The translations under genes and the position numbers were made by a program. The notes below the pieces were generated by a model. It saw only the letters and a program-made list of their open reading frames with translations. It did not search any database and was not told where the DNA came from. Shown here in pieces: positions 25,377 to 39,569 of a DNA stretch of 64,000 bases. Location: the NCBI GenBank assembly GCA_043228905.1, contig JBHGNT010000002.1, positions 17,918,001-17,982,000 on the forward strand, written 5' to 3'. This stretch comes from Azolla caroliniana (lineage: Eukaryota > Plantae > Polypodiophyta). How positions within the stretch are numbered: the stretch's first letter is position 1; each line of letters starts with the position of its first letter.

Positions 25377-28300
25377 TCATTCCTCCTTTAAGATGTTGAG
25401 GATGCTTTCGGGGTCCGGGGTGGTGGCAGGGTGGTCTAGTTGGACTGTCGGTGCGGGGGGTTGAGTTTGGTCCCGGGGTGGCATATCTTCTCGGGCGTCA
25501 GCCTCGGGTGTGGCCGATTCTTCTGGTGGGGGTGTGGGTTCGTGGGCGCTGACCTCTCCTTCGACAGGCTCTGGTACCATGTGGGCGTCCATGGGATGTC
25601 TGTTGGCCGGGGCAAGTTCCTCTTGTGCCGTGTCTGTGATCTCCTTGCTGGGAGGTTCTTCTTTCTGCTCTGTGGCCGTTGGAGGGCTGGTGGGGATGGC
25701 TGCGAGTCGTTCTCGTTCGAAGGCTTCTGCTTCCAGGCGAAACAACATCTGACCGTCATTGAAGTCCTCCATTATTTGCTCGATTGCCATGGTGTGAGAT
25801 TTTGCCAAGGACTGGTAATCCTCGGTTAAATCTGCACGCAAGTTTTGAATGCTGGCTTCGTCCATTTTGTAGAAGATGCGCCCTTCCTTCCGTCGGTTCT
25901 CGGCGTTGGCTCGTAAAATATGCAATTCGGCAGGTTGGGCTGCCCATTCGTCTCTTGCGCGACTTAATGTTTCCTCGACCTTTTTGGTAAGTTGTTGGCG
26001 CTATTTCTCGATCAGTATTCGGATGCGTGTCTCATCCATGCCGGGATGTGCTCGGATGGCTGCTAATTCCTGTTTTAAGCCGTCGACCTCGGCCTGAATC
26101 TTTTCTGTGTCCTTAGCTCATAGATGGCCTAACTGTTCTTTGCATCCGCGGTTACGAGATGGAGAGCCTGCTCGTAACTCTTGGTGAGTTCTTCGGTGTC
26201 CTGCTCCCGTTCTTTCTTACACGTGGCCCGGATTTGTTCCCGTTCGACGATTCTCTCTTCTTGAAGGGCGAAGAAGGAATCCCATAAGGCGTCTTTTTGC
26301 TCTGAAAGTAGCTTGCATTTGATGAAAAACTCGTCAACCATCTCTTTAAGGGTTGTACGCTGACTCTGCAGCTCGGCATTCTCCGCGTTCATCCTCTCCT
26401 CCCGTTGGCGATTTCTTTCCTCCTGCCGTTGGTTCCAGTCTTTTGCATTGTCGAGCGCGGCCTATAGGTCTAGAACCTCCTTCTCTTTCTTCACCACTGT
26501 GGCTGCGTATTCCTCTAGCTTGCTTTTGAGTTCGGCTTCCTTGGCCGCGGCTTGCGCTTGTACCCGGCCCAGTGCTTCGTTCTGCTCGTGTATCCTTTGG
26601 TCGGCCTGGGCTCTTATCTCGGCCATCTGCTTGGAAGCTTCTTCTTTTAGGCGAGCCATCGCCTCTTGATGCCGTTGTTCGTGTCTCTCGGTTTGCCGTT
26701 GTTCCTCTTTAAGCTCCGCACGGTAATCCCGGAGCGGGGGTTCTGTCTGGGTTGCCACCTCCTTGGGTGCACGAGGTGGGGGTAGTTCGGTCTGCTCCAT
26801 AGGCGTGGCCGCCTCGGTTGTTGTGCAAGCATCGACCATTTGTAACGAGTCTGTTTGTGTACTGGCTTGCACCTTCAGGATCGAGTCGGTGATGGTGCTT
26901 TCATCCATCATTGTTATGCGTGGAGGCGCTGGGAGGGCCTCGGTGGTCGTTACCGGAAGGCTCGGGAGTTGTTGTTCCGGCTGGTTTTGCTCCCAGGTTG
27001 CCAGCTTCTGGTTCGCAGCGTGCCATAGTTCTGTAGCCATCTTCGCCTGTTTTTGGGCTATTTTTATCTTTCGGGCCATGTCTTTGGCTACCCGCGTAGT
27101 GCGATCCAGGTCCCGATATGCCTCGATAAGGGTCGTGTTCAACTCGGGGACCTCCATGAGGAGAGCGGCATGTTTTGCCTGCTTCTTCCTCCCGATTTTT
27201 TGTAAATCCCTATCCTCCTGGGGCTCAATTTCACCTATTAGCGCGTGTTGAATCATTTTTGTTTCGGCGTGCTCTTCCGCCATTCGAGTGGCTGCCGCGA
27301 CTTGGGCTCTGGCGAGGAAGTCGACCAGCTCGAATGCCGTACCGAGGCGTAGGAGCGCACTAAATTCGTAAGCCTCCGCGGGGAGGTCCTTATACCCGAG
27401 GACTTCATCCTCCGAGATCTGTGTTGTCTGCCCATGCTCGATCGTTCCCTCGTTCAGCGATGCCTCCGCAGGGGTGATGGCCAGGTTGCTCTGTCTGACC
27501 ACTAAGGCTTGCTCCTAATGTGGCTCCTTCTGTTCTTCCGAGGACTCGCGGTTGAGTCGTCTTCTTTTGCTTGGCTGTGTTTGGGGTTCTGGGGCCGGTA
27601 GTGTCGTTTCCTCCGCCTGCTTCCTTTTCTGGGGTCGTGGTGGTGCAGCCTGTTGTGTGTTGGAGCTTGGGCTAGGTCCTGGGGACGTTACCGAGGGGCG
27701 CGACGTTGGCTGTCAAATGGTGACGTCATCGGTCGTGTTGTCTTCCGCGGCTACCTCCTTGTCCCATTCTTGGTAGGTCTCGGAAACTACCCTTTTTTGT
27801 TGGGGTTGGGCGGGTGGTGGTGCAGATGCGGTTTTTTGGTCGGCGGCAGGGGGTGAAGGTGATGTGGGCTCCTCCCATGCTTTGTGACTGATGGCCATGA
27901 ATTTCCCTCTCTGCCTTCGTGGTGGTGGTGGGTACGTGAGTGTGCGAGGGGAAGGAAGCGAAGAGGGTGGGTATAGAACCATCAAAAAGTGGGTAAGAAC
28001 AGACAACATCTTCTTACCGGACTGAAATGAAGCTAAGGCGGCGCGGAGTCCCTTGCCTGTGATGATTCCCCAATCGATTATGTTTCCTTCATAAGCATTG
28101 ATGATGATGGCTGCCTTGTTCTACGGCATGCTCGTTGGGTTAGTATGCACGAACGCATACTCCATCAATATACGAGCAATCTCCCTGAAAGCTTTGTTGG
28201 GCCCGCCATACGTGCGATATGCCTTCCCTGTGGCTGAGTACTCACCGAAGTACGCCTTCATCTTTGATGTCGGGGGTATGTCGACCTCATGGTCCCCTCC

Positions 28301-28480
28301 CTGTTGCAAGTCCAAAACAGCCCGAAGCACGTTGTTGGTGATGGCTTCGGGACTTATACGTTTAGCCACAGTTTGGGCATCTGGGTGCGCGATGGCATCG
28401 ATGATCTTCAGGTAACCGCCCATTCCTCGTTCCTAGAGCCAGGCGCGGGTTTCTGTTGAGGCGGTAAGAGGCATGGTGGA
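25377..28480 (-). pseudogene. Extra 3' ORF of gypsy E (about 1000 codons, Pro-rich and coiled-coil), unknown function, disrupted
   Basis: Consecutive same-strand ORF pieces 28423, 28009, 27502, 26392 and 25925 separated by isolated stops or shifts. Confidence 0.65.
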
Positions 28481-29016
28481 GATGGAGGCTGGGTTCGACT
28501 GTGTGGGAGCGTGAAGCAAAGTGATGAGGCGAGGGCGAGCCACAGGAGGAACAGCAGGAAGGGGAAGTCCAGCAGAGAGGTTATGAGAGCGAAAGAGGGC
28601 TTGAGAGCAAGAGTGCTTAGCGTGATGAGGGCGAGATGGGGTTTCTGATCTTGAGAGCAATGGAGATGGGGAGCGATAATGGTCTGTGCTGCGTTTTGGA
28701 AACGGTTTTAGTAACTTATTCCTAGGGTTTTGTGCCTGCAGCGAATCTTGAAAATTCTGAGTCGTGTGTGCCATAATAAGTGACTAGCACCACGTGTCCT
28801 GAAGGTGAGTGGGGTGCTTCTAGTGCTTTGCATGTGGTTTGCATGTGGTTTGCATGTGTGAACAACTTAAATAGGTACTAACTGAGTGGTGGCGAGGGGT
28901 GCTCCTAAAATTATGGGTACCTAGGTGGGTGGTGTAAGTGTAGCTAATTAGTGGCTAAACTATGGTTAATCCTACCTACTACTACTTTTATTAATTTCAA
29001 GAAGGTGGGTGAGTCC

Positions 29017-32000
29017 TTATTCAGGGGGACACGTGGCGTCCTCCATGGTGATCTCCCGAGTCTCGTTGGTGCCGGGTGGCTCGGTAAACGGGTTGGGTGG
29101 TGTAGTCCCTCGATATGGTCTAAGCCGAAAACCATTGGCCCAGCTTTTGACCGTGTCGCCGGCGAGTGTGCCAAGCTGGAACGTCCCGTTGAACTCGTCG
29201 ATAATCCAGAATGGACCGGTCCACCGAAATCTTAATTTTCCCGGCATTGACCCAAGTGGTGTTTGGAAAAGAAGAACTGGTTTGCCGATGGTGAGCTCCT
29301 TCTCCAGCCCAAGTCGATGTCGATCCACGAAAGCCTTACGTTGTCGTTGGCGTTGTTCGAGCTAGGCCATACTCTCTATCCTATCTTCCCCGAGTTCGAG
29401 GAGTTGTTCCAGCCGGTATTGCTCGGATTCGGCCTCGAGGAGTCGTGCTTTGACTTGAACTCGGAGGCTCGAGACTTGGAACTCGACGGGCATTACGACC
29501 TCTAACCCGAACGCCATTCGAAAGGGGGTCGATTGGATGCTTGTTTTGAAAGTCGTACGATACGCCCACAACGCGCTCTAGAGTTTGTCATCCCAATCGG
29601 TCCTGTTTTCATTGACGATCTTCTTTAGTATGGTTTGGAGGATTTTATTGGTCGATTCTGCCAAGCCCTTCGCCTGCGGGTAGTATGGTGTGCTTTTCTA
29701 GTGCACCACCACGTAGTGGTGTGTAAGCTCATGTATTATATGATTGATGAAGTGCCCACCTTGGTCACTAACGAGCTCGATTGGACATCCATAACGGCAC
29801 CAGAGGTGCTCGTACACAAATTTAGCCGTGGATGCCGCCGTGTTATCTCGGAGTGCCTTAGCCTCCACCCATTTGGTGCAGTAATCCGTGGCCACGATAA
29901 TATATCTATTCCCTGTTCGGGCCGCGGGTGGTTTGAAAGGACCTACAAAATCCAAACCCCATTTTTGAAATGGGTCTAACGGAAGAATCGGCTGTTGTGG
30001 CATCCGTGACTGTTCCATTGGTTGCCCCAAACGTTGGCACAAATCGCACTGCCAGCAAAACTCGTGAGCGTCTTTCTTCGTTGTTGGCCACCATAATCCA
30101 CTTTGCCAAACTTTCCTTGCTGTGGAATCCCCGGCATAGTGTCCCCCAGTTGCTCCCTGGTGGACTTCCTGAAGAACGGCGTTCTTCTCGAATTGCCGAA
30201 TCACTCGGCGCCATATGTCGTCCGAGCCTTTGTGGTAGAGAATGTCCGAGACGAGGCAAAAATTCCGGCTACGCACTGCTAGGCATTTTCTCGTGTCAAG
30301 GGTCATGTGCTCGGGAGGTACACCGGTAGTGAGAAAATGGGTCATCTTCGTGATCCATTCATCTCCATTATCGTCTGGTATCGTGGTCAGGTTAAATAGG
30401 CTAGCGTCCGGTAGCTCATTGTACGTTGTTTTCGCCGGTTCTCCTGACTCAAGACAACTCAAGTAGTCGGCGACGACATGTTGTACCCCGGGTCGATGCT
30501 GAATCTGAAAATCAAACTCTTGTAGTAGGAGCATCCACCGAGCCAACCGTCCGGTGAGGGCTTGTTTATTGACCAAATAAAGAAGGGCCGAGTGATCCAC
30601 GTGAAAGGTAAATTTTCGGCCCAAGAGGTAATGCCAAAATTTATTGATGCTATAAATCATACCGAGAGCCTCCCGCTCGGTGGTGGAGTAATTCTTTTCT
30701 GCGGTTGAGAGCCATCGGCTGGCGTAGTACACGGGCCTATACCAATTCGGGGGTGTGCATTGCATCAGAGCACTTCCGATGGCGATGTCCGAAGCATCTA
30801 CAAAGACATGAAATGGTTCGGACCAAACCGGAGACTGGACCACCGGGGCATGTGACAACATTCGTTTCAGGGTCTAATAGGCCGTGTCCTCAACTGACGT
30901 CCATTGGAAAGGAAGGCAATGGACTGCCGCGTGTAAGGGTGTCGCGAAATCGGCCAGGTGTCGTATCATTCGGCTATGCCACCGGATCTGTCCCAAAAAA
31001 CGGCTTAGTGCCTTAGCATTCGAGGGTGCGGTGGCATCCAGGATTGCCTTTACTTTATCCGGGTCCATAGCGATGCCTTCTTGACTGACAATGTGGCCGA
31101 GAAGGTTGCCGCTGGTGACTAAGAACGCGCATTTCGCCGGGTTTAAACTCAATCGAGCTTGGCGACATCGGTCCAGGCAGAGTCGTAACTGGGTCATGTG
31201 TTCCCGTCGATGGCCATACACGGCGAAATCGTCGAGAAAAACTTGCATGAACGCCGGGATGTAGTCATGAAAGATTTCGATGATGATGCGCTGGAACGTA
31301 GCCGACACCGTTTTTAGACCAAACATATTAACTTCTGCTACAAAAACACCCCATTCCGTGACGAAAGCGGTTTTCTCCTGATCCTCCGGGTGCATTCTTA
31401 TCTGGTTATAGCCGCTGAACCCGTCGAGGAAACTGTAGCATTCGTGGCCGGCTACCATGTCGAGGACGCTATCCGTGAATGGGAGAGGGAAATCGTCGGT
31501 GACTATTGCCGCGTTAAGCTTCCGATAGTCGACGCAGACGCGGATTTTTCCGTTCTTCTTTGGGACCACTACGATCGGGCTCAACCATGTAGCCCGTTTA
31601 ACAGGGCGAATGAAGCCCACTCGGAGTAACTTGTCAATTTCCTCTTTGACTTTAGCGGGATTGTTGGGGTTCATCCTGTAGCGCCTCTGCTGAACTGGCC
31701 GAGTGTCGGGTAAGATGTGAATTTGATGTTGGTAGTATTGAGGATCCAGCCCCTTCATATCGGTGTAAGACCAAGCGAAAACATCCTGGTACTCGGTGAG
31801 TAATTTTACGAGGCATGCCCGTTCGCCGGTTGGTAGATTATTAGCAATTTGTACCGTACGGGGATTCTTGTCCAAACCGAGGTTTATTGTTTCCAGGGTT
31901 GATGCTTTCACTCGTTCTGAAATGGCGAGTTCGCGTTCGAAAGCCTCCCGAGCATGACGTAGCTCGGCAACTGTGGTTGCATCGGGTTCATCCTGGGGTG

Positions 32001-34287
32001 GTGACTCCTCCGTGACTTCCTCGTCTTTAGATGGCTCGATGGTTGGTAAGGCATTGATTTCGAAGAGAGGAATGATCGTGGGATGATCATCTAGGAAGTC
32101 ATCGACCTCCTCATCGGCCAATCCATCGAGCATATGGACCCCTTCCGCGTATAACGGCGAAGTGTTGAGGGCGACGGGGACTCGTTCTTCAGTGATGATT
32201 CGGACTTTTGTCTTCCCTCTTCGGAACGAGATCATGTTGCGTTGCCAATGTTGCTTGATATTCGCTGTACACAACCATGGTCGACCTAGTAACATTGGGT
32301 AGGCGCCTTGTGTCTCCAGTCGTAGCACGACGGCCGAGATCGTGAACATGTGGCCTCCGAGTGTGAAGTCAAGATGGCGGATTAAACCAATGGGACGAAT
32401 AGAGCGGGAGTCGGCCATCCGAAGCCAAAAGGGGCATGGTTCCCATTGATTCAGGCCGAGGTTGAGACACGTTGATTCGCTAATAACATTTACGCCGGAT
32501 CCGCCGTCGATGATGCATCCGTGCAGGTATTGTCCCTTAATGATGATTCGCACGGCTGGGTTTTGAGAATCCATGAGTGGTGGACCGGTTCCTGCTTCGG
32601 TGAGGTGTACCGGTGGTGTCACAGCCTTAGTATTGGCCTGTAGTGCCGCCAGGGTGTCCCGAAATCTTGGCATGAGTGGTAGCAGTTTATGTAGGGCCAG
32701 CGAGATGCGGGAGTTGGTAAGAACATCCCATAGCTGGTTGTCCTTCGACGACGTGGATGGTGCCAGGGTTTGTGGTACTTCATTGGGCCCGTCCTTCATG
32801 TCAGTTTGCATGCGTGCGGCATTATTTTTATTAGCCGTGTCGACCCATTCTTTTGCTGCCTGTCGTACTTCATCCTGGATTTGCCACTGAGTAGTCTGCG
32901 CTTTACTCCGGGTAGTGACCGTTTGAACATCGGCCATGATACTGTTTACCGTGGGTGCCTTGCCACGGTTGGTTGTCGGACATTGCGTGGCGTAGTGGCC
33001 TGGTTGGTTACATTTAAAACATGTCACGTTGGCCGAGCTGCTGGTGTCCGCTCGGTCTGTGTGTGGAAGCTCCTGTTGTTGATCCTCGGTCTCGTTTGGT
33101 GGTGGGTTGTTCCGAGATGCGTTGGAGTTGTGCTTGTCATGTTGAGGAGCATCCCGTCGGCGGTTGTGATTAGGTCTTCTATTGTTGCGTGTGTTGCGAT
33201 TGCCGTTTCGCCGATCCATGCGTGAGTTCCTTCGGTCATACCGATCATCGCGATCGTCATCGTATCGAGCATAATCGTCGTGCCGGTCATCGCGATAATA
33301 ATCACGGAGATTATCACGTTGGTAGTCGTCGTTTCGGCGCCATCGATCTGGGGATCGCGGTTGGTCGTTATCCTGGTCTCGGTAGATATATCGCTCGTCC
33401 TGCCGAGAGTATGTATTTCGTGGCTCGATCTGGCGGACCGGTGTCGCCGTTGTGCGGTTCAGCATATTATATTCGCACTGCTCGACCGTGTGAGCTCGAG
33501 ACTGACAGATCAGACACTGTGGTCGATGGGGAGATTCGAGGGCCAGGTGCCCTGATCCTGAACACGCAATGCATTGGAGGGCTTGGCGAAAGCGATTGTC
33601 CTCTTGGGGAAGAGCGTTTTGCAAGGATGTCATCGAGAAGGCCGTGCCGTGCTGGTTCCGATCGAGGGCGAGAACACGCGCTATGACTTGTTCGATAGTA
33701 TGGTTGGCGAAATTTGTAAGTGCGAGAGTCGTTCGTAGAGGCTCTCTTAAACTGGATAGGAAAGTGTCCGGTATATGTTGTGCTGAGACATCATCGGCCA
33801 CTTGTCTGTAGAGATCCTGGAACCGGATCGTGAACTACGCGACCGTTTCGTGCGGTTCCTAGAATATAGAGAAGAATTGCCGGAGCAGTTCCCGTTTAGG
33901 CACCTCGCGATGAAAAAGTTCAAGGAACTTTGTGCGCACGATTTGGAAAGTGGTGGCCTCTCCTATTTCGAGGCGAGAGTACCATCGTGCGGCCGGTCCA
34001 TCGAGGGACAGTGTGAACTCGGCAATCTTCGAGGCATCGATTTCGCCCGGCGTGAGGCGGTGCGTGGAGTGGTTAGCCTGCCACGTGGATATGAAGGCAC
34101 AGACGTGTGACTCCGCGTCAGGTCCGTCGGCATATCGTGGGTATGGGTATGGCATGATGTCATACTGTGGTTCTTCTGGTAGCACCGGAAAAGGGTTTAG
34201 TTCCGGTTGATTGACCTCCGGAGGGCTCGACGGGGGTTCTGGTAGTGAATCAACCCGCGATCGATTGTCCGGTGGCGAGGATTGCAC
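29017..34287 (-). pseudogene. gag-pol polyprotein of gypsy E (a few stops)
   Basis: CFKCNQPGHYATQC knuckle, CIIDGGSG protease, FLDDFAVYG RT, VDASDIAIG RNaseH, KWGLDFVGP integrase, WTGPF. Confidence 0.92.
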
Positions 34288-36905
34288 TGGACAAGCCCCC
34301 GATTGATCGAGAAAGGATTGGTCAGTGACCGCCGAGTCGGAAGTTCCTTCGACTGGCTCAGGGCGTCGGATGGGTGGCCGAGACCTCGTGGTGCGAGAGG
34401 GCGTCGTAACGGCGGCTGGTGGTTACCTTCAACGAAGTTCGCTGTGCACTCACAGCTGTAACTGGGCGTGCCAAATTGTGTTACCCATTCCTTTGGGTGA
34501 ACACCTTCGATAGATCTGCGTCTATCAGTCTTCAAGGGCGTGGTACGTGAAGGCTCGTAACAGAGGTGTCGAGAGAGATACAGGGCTCAGAGAGAAAACA
34601 CTAGCGAGGTTTTGATAAACATGGCGGCGTGAAACTCATAGGTATGGATCAAAGCACAGACTCATGCAGCAAAATAGGCACAATTAAGATATATTACTAT
34701 GGCAGAAAAGGATTACAGAACACGGCCTATGGCCGGTGACCTTACGAGTTTATCTAATTACGAATGACTAAGCTAGTGCTTCCGCCTATAGTTTTCTTCT
34801 CCCCTTTTCTCTGAGGTACTACTCCTCGTTTAAATAACTTTTCCCCTAACACACAACCGAGCCATCGGTGGCCCGGGATACTTGGACTCGGCGTTTGCTA
34901 ATTTCCTAATTTTACATTTCTGTCCTCTGGACAACAGTGAGTTCAAATCCTTTCGAGTCATAATGTGAGTGTCATGATCCTTTCGAGGCATGATGTGAGT
35001 GTTATCATGACATTATCCCCCTTCTTCGACGACACATCTCACGGGTCGTAGGGTTTGTATTAGAACCTGGTTTACAAGGATATTGGCGATGAAATGCAGT
35101 GACGAGTTCTGCAACATTGGAAAGATTTGCAGCAGGTTCCCAAGTTCGATCATTGGGGGTATAGCCTAGCCAATCGACTAGGTAATACAGATTGTTGCAC
35201 ACGATTTTAGAATCGAGAACGGCAACAAATTCAAATTCGGGTCCGTCCAAGAACTCGACAGGTGGTGGGGGTGTCGTAAGACGGCCCAAAATTGAACTTG
35301 TAGTATAAGGTAGGTCAAGATGAAATGCAACATCACTTAGCTTACCAGTGATCATGTAAGGGCCAAAACGTTGGTAATCCAATTTACTGCAAGGTCAAGT
35401 GGTCTCGATGTTGTGTTGGAGAAGCCATACATGATCCCCAACGCGGAACTTTTTTGAGGAGTCTAGTTGATGACGATTGGCAAGCCTCTTGTGTGTAACT
35501 TGAGCATCGTGCAAATTATGGAGAATGGTAGCATGAATTTCTTGTAGGCGACTAAGACGATCCTCGGCAGTAGGGTTGGTAGGAACGTCTAGATGCGCAT
35601 TCATCGTCCACCGAGGATGACAACCCGTATTTGCGAAAAATGGGGAATATCTTGTAGAAGAATGGGCTGAGTTGTAAGTGAAATCCGCCAACTGCAAAAA
35701 ATCAACCCAATCATCTTGTTGATAGTTGATGAAATAACGAAGATATTGTTCCAACGTCTGGTTGGTACGCTCAGTTTGGCCATTTGTTTCGGGATGATAG
35801 CCTGAAGAAAGCTTAACCGAAATGTGGAGAAGTTTGAACATGTGTTAAGATAGGTGTCTTTGTAAATGCTCGTTTTAAGCTTTCGAATGCCTCGGCTGCA
35901 TCTGAACTCCATATAAATGGTTGATCTTTATGTGTGAGTTGAGTAAGCAGAAGCACAACCTTGGAATAATCTTTAATAAATTTTCGATAAAAATTTGCAA
36001 ACCCAAGAAAAAATTGCACATCACGCACTAAAAGGGGCGTTTGCCACTCTAAAGTTGCTTGTATCTTCATGGGGTCCATAGCAATACCATCTGATGATAC
36101 AACATACCCCAAAAATTCCACATGATTTTGGCCGAAACTACACTTTTCTAATTTTGTGTAGAGACCATATTCTCGGAGTCGTCGCAGTACCTAACGAACA
36201 TGTTCGTCATGCTCCTCTTGGGTCTTTGAGTAGATTAAAATATCATCTAGGTAAACTATAGTGAAGATATCAAGAAAATCTCGAAAAATATCGTTCGCCA
36301 TATGATGGAAAACAGCAGGTGCATTCGTGAGACCGAATAGCATCACAGTATACTCAAAATGTCCATAGCGAGTGCGAAAAGTTGTCTTCCATTCATCCAT
36401 CAGGCGAATCTGAACTAGATTATATGCTCCGCGAAGGTCCAACTTCGTGAAATATTTTGCACCACTAAGACATTCCAAAAGATTCGGGATTAATGGTAGA
36501 GCATATCTATTCCGGATAGTCACTTTGTTCAGCCCTCGATAATCCACGACCAACCGAAGAGTCCCATTCTTCTTCTTAACGAAGAAGATAGGTACACCAG
36601 CAAGGGATCTAGAATGCCGAATGAATCCGTTTGCTAGATTCTCATCAATATATTCCTGCAAAGTCTCTAGCTCTAAAGGGGTGAGATTATAAATTGGGCC
36701 CCATGGAGGTTCTTTCCCTGGTTGTAAGTCAATAGGGCAGTTGTATGGCTGATGCTCCGGCAATGTATTGGCCTTCACCTTATCAAAGACATCTGAAAAC
36801 TCCTTGTATTTCTCTGGTAGCTTAATGTCTGCTTCGCGTGAAGTGGATGATGGAGTTGCTACTATTGCGAAGACGAACATGACCTCGTTCCCCCCTTCCT
36901 CCTGT

Positions 36906-37770
36906 TGGAGTAGAAGTATGGGGTGGCACCATCTCTTTTAATGCATGGAACGAGATTGAGAAAATTCAAAAGATGTTTTTAAGGAGGCAATTAGGAGTTA
37001 AATGCACTACCTCTTACCAGGTTATGCTCTTGGAAATGGGTGTTCAACCCATAGAACTATTGGCACTCCAAAGAGTATATAAATACATTACAAAAGTCAA
37101 GAATATGCCGAAACATCGATTACCACATCTTTCTTGGAATGTAGGATGTAAGCTACAAAAGAATCATAAAAGTAAGATTCTCTCATCTGGTTGGGTTGTT
37201 GACATAAAGAAATGGGAGGATGAAGTGGGAGGATGCTAAGAGGACAAAGCTAGAATACTACATTGCAAATGTCAACCCTAAATGTTGGTCTCAATATAAA
37301 GCAAGAATGTCTATTGATCGTATCCAACCTTATCTCATTACCAATATGAGTAGCAATGCTCGTAGAGCCCTTACACTACTTCGCACTCGATCTCACAAGT
37401 TAGGTATTGAAGTTGCATCATGGTATCAAAATGTAACGAATTTGAAGACATGTAAAGTACGCAATGAAGGCATGGTAGAGGATGAATGTCACTTGCTCTT
37501 CACATGCTCAACATATAGTGCAATTCGTTCAAGATATGTTGACATACTAAGAGGGAGTGATAACTTAAGATCCATACTTAAGACACCACCCAGAAGGTTG
37601 AGCTCATATGTGTATGCTTTATTAACACATAGAGACTTTGTGCTTCAACATATGAATACCCCTTCTTAGGAAGGAGACATATATCAAGAACACATGTATA
37701 CTCTAGTCCCATAGGTCAAAATTGGCCTCTTTATGGACGATAAAAATTCTAATTCTAATTCTAATTCTAA
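36906..37770 (+). mobile_element. 5'-truncated LINE (RTE-like) inserted in gypsy D
   Basis: LLRTRSHKLGIE..C..VEDECHLLFTC C-terminal motif, (AATTCT)n tail at 37745-37770, ctgt duplication, host frame (ISLRQ|EEGGNEVMF) rejoins. Confidence 0.82.
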
Positions 37771-39512
37771 CTGTCGTAAAGAGATGGTTGATAACTCTGG
37801 GGATCTATTATCACATGTAGGAGAGAGGGATGCGGGGTTTGTGCTTTTTTCCCGGGTCTCCTCAATTGTTCTTTTCATCCAATCAATCTTCGGGTTATGG
37901 AGTTCAAACCAAGGGAGACCAAGAACTATTGGGTGTTCCGAACTACGAATAATGTTGAAAGAGATTATGTTTGCCAAATCGCCAATAACTATCCTAATTG
38001 GCTCGGACTCCTCGAGTATATCTCCTGATGCTATGGGACGTCCATCAATGACTCCTACGACTACTAGGTTGGGAAGCTTATTCAAGAGGATGTTTTGTGA
38101 CAAGGCAAATTCACAATCCATGAAACAAGAGTTGGCTCCAAAATCTAGGAGGGCAGAGGCTAGGACCCGGTGACATGTAGATGTGGTAAGCTCGACTTGT
38201 GCTGAAAAAACTCTACTCACTTGATTTGATGAAATGGAACCACGACTAGGAACTAACTCTACATAGCTAGGATGGTCCAGCCAAATGGCTCCTATTTTGG
38301 CCGGACCTACTCGTTTAACACATCCTCTAATTGACTCAAGACATCAAATCTATTCTCATGGCATGGACTATGAGGCTTACTTATGTTATTAGAAGTAACA
38401 ATAGAACTCGATGTAGGGTTTTCATGGCACATACTTGGTATACTTGAGACCTAGGTTTATGTGGACAATTTACAACTATATGTCCTAGACTGCCACAATA
38501 CAGGCAAAGGCGATGTGCTCGACATCGTTGCTTCTTAGCATCTGATAACGGCCCACAACGTTGTGTTGACTCTATTTCCATCGGAGTTGGGCCATCCCTT
38601 GGTATGGGTCTAGAAACTTGTGGAGGCGTTGCGACTACGGAAGCATAAGTTTGCTCAGGTTGGCGGCGTAACATTTGTTGACGCTCAGAATGTTGCTCAA
38701 ATAGGCGATTATCACATCGCACGGCTCGACTAATGGCTTTTGTAAGCGACTTCATATCTTCTGGGAAAGTAATAAGAAGATCTTTGACATCATTTCGCAA
38801 ACCTTGACGGAATTGATCCATTAAGGCCGCCTCATCCCAAGGGATATCGCATGCCAAGAGACGGAAATTGGCTGCGTAAGCCGACACGGGACGATGTCCT
38901 TATCGGAGCCTTCAAATCTTGTTTATCGTTGTCCTAGTGTTGTCGGTGTCTCCGAAACTAACTTAAAACTCTTTAACAAATGCCTCAAAATCCGGTGATT
39001 TCTTCTCGAGAAGTGGTGTGAACCATTCTAACGTCGTACCGCATAGCAAAGTTCCCACTAATCCCACACGAGCAACATCAGTTGGATACCGATTGGGATG
39101 TAGTTGAATAACCAGACGAACTTGATTCAAAAAGCCTCGAAATAAAGACCTCGTGCCATCAAACTTGGCGGGGAGGCTAATCTTTGGCTCTCTAGGGGAG
39201 TTCTGAGCCCCCGACGCTTGCTCTCGTAATGACAATATAGTCGCCTCGAGTTGATGAACCCGCTATGATAACTCTTCATATTGTTGAGCTTTTTTGGCGC
39301 TCACGTGTTGTAGGTCTCCAAGTAGCCTTTGATTCTCATGCTCTAATGCCACAAATTTATTCGTGAGCATGTCGAGCTCAGAAAGAACGCGCATGTATTC
39401 TTGTTTGCTCACAGACTCCATAGCTTACGAGGGGAGAGGAGAAGGAAGAAGAGAACTTGTTAGGGTTTGTGGAAGACGAAGATATGAAAGGACTAAATTG
39501 GTTCAAACTGTC

Positions 39513-39517
<5 letters not shown>

Positions 39518-39566
<49 letters not shown>
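39518..39566 (+). repeat. (GA)n microsatellite inside the gypsy D LTR
   Basis: Long GA run; shorter in the partner LTR at about 24440. Confidence 0.95.

Positions 39567-39569
<3 letters not shown>

Larger units (their letters stand above)
24821..34936 (-). mobile_element. Ty3/gypsy E, non-chromovirus, 10.1 kb; LTRs 24821-25278 and 34479-34936
   Basis: GTGAG TSD (24816-24820, 34937-34941), near-identical LTRs, PBS tggcacgcccagt (rc 34461-34473), gag-PR-RT-RH-INT plus an extra 3' ORF. Confidence 0.92.
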
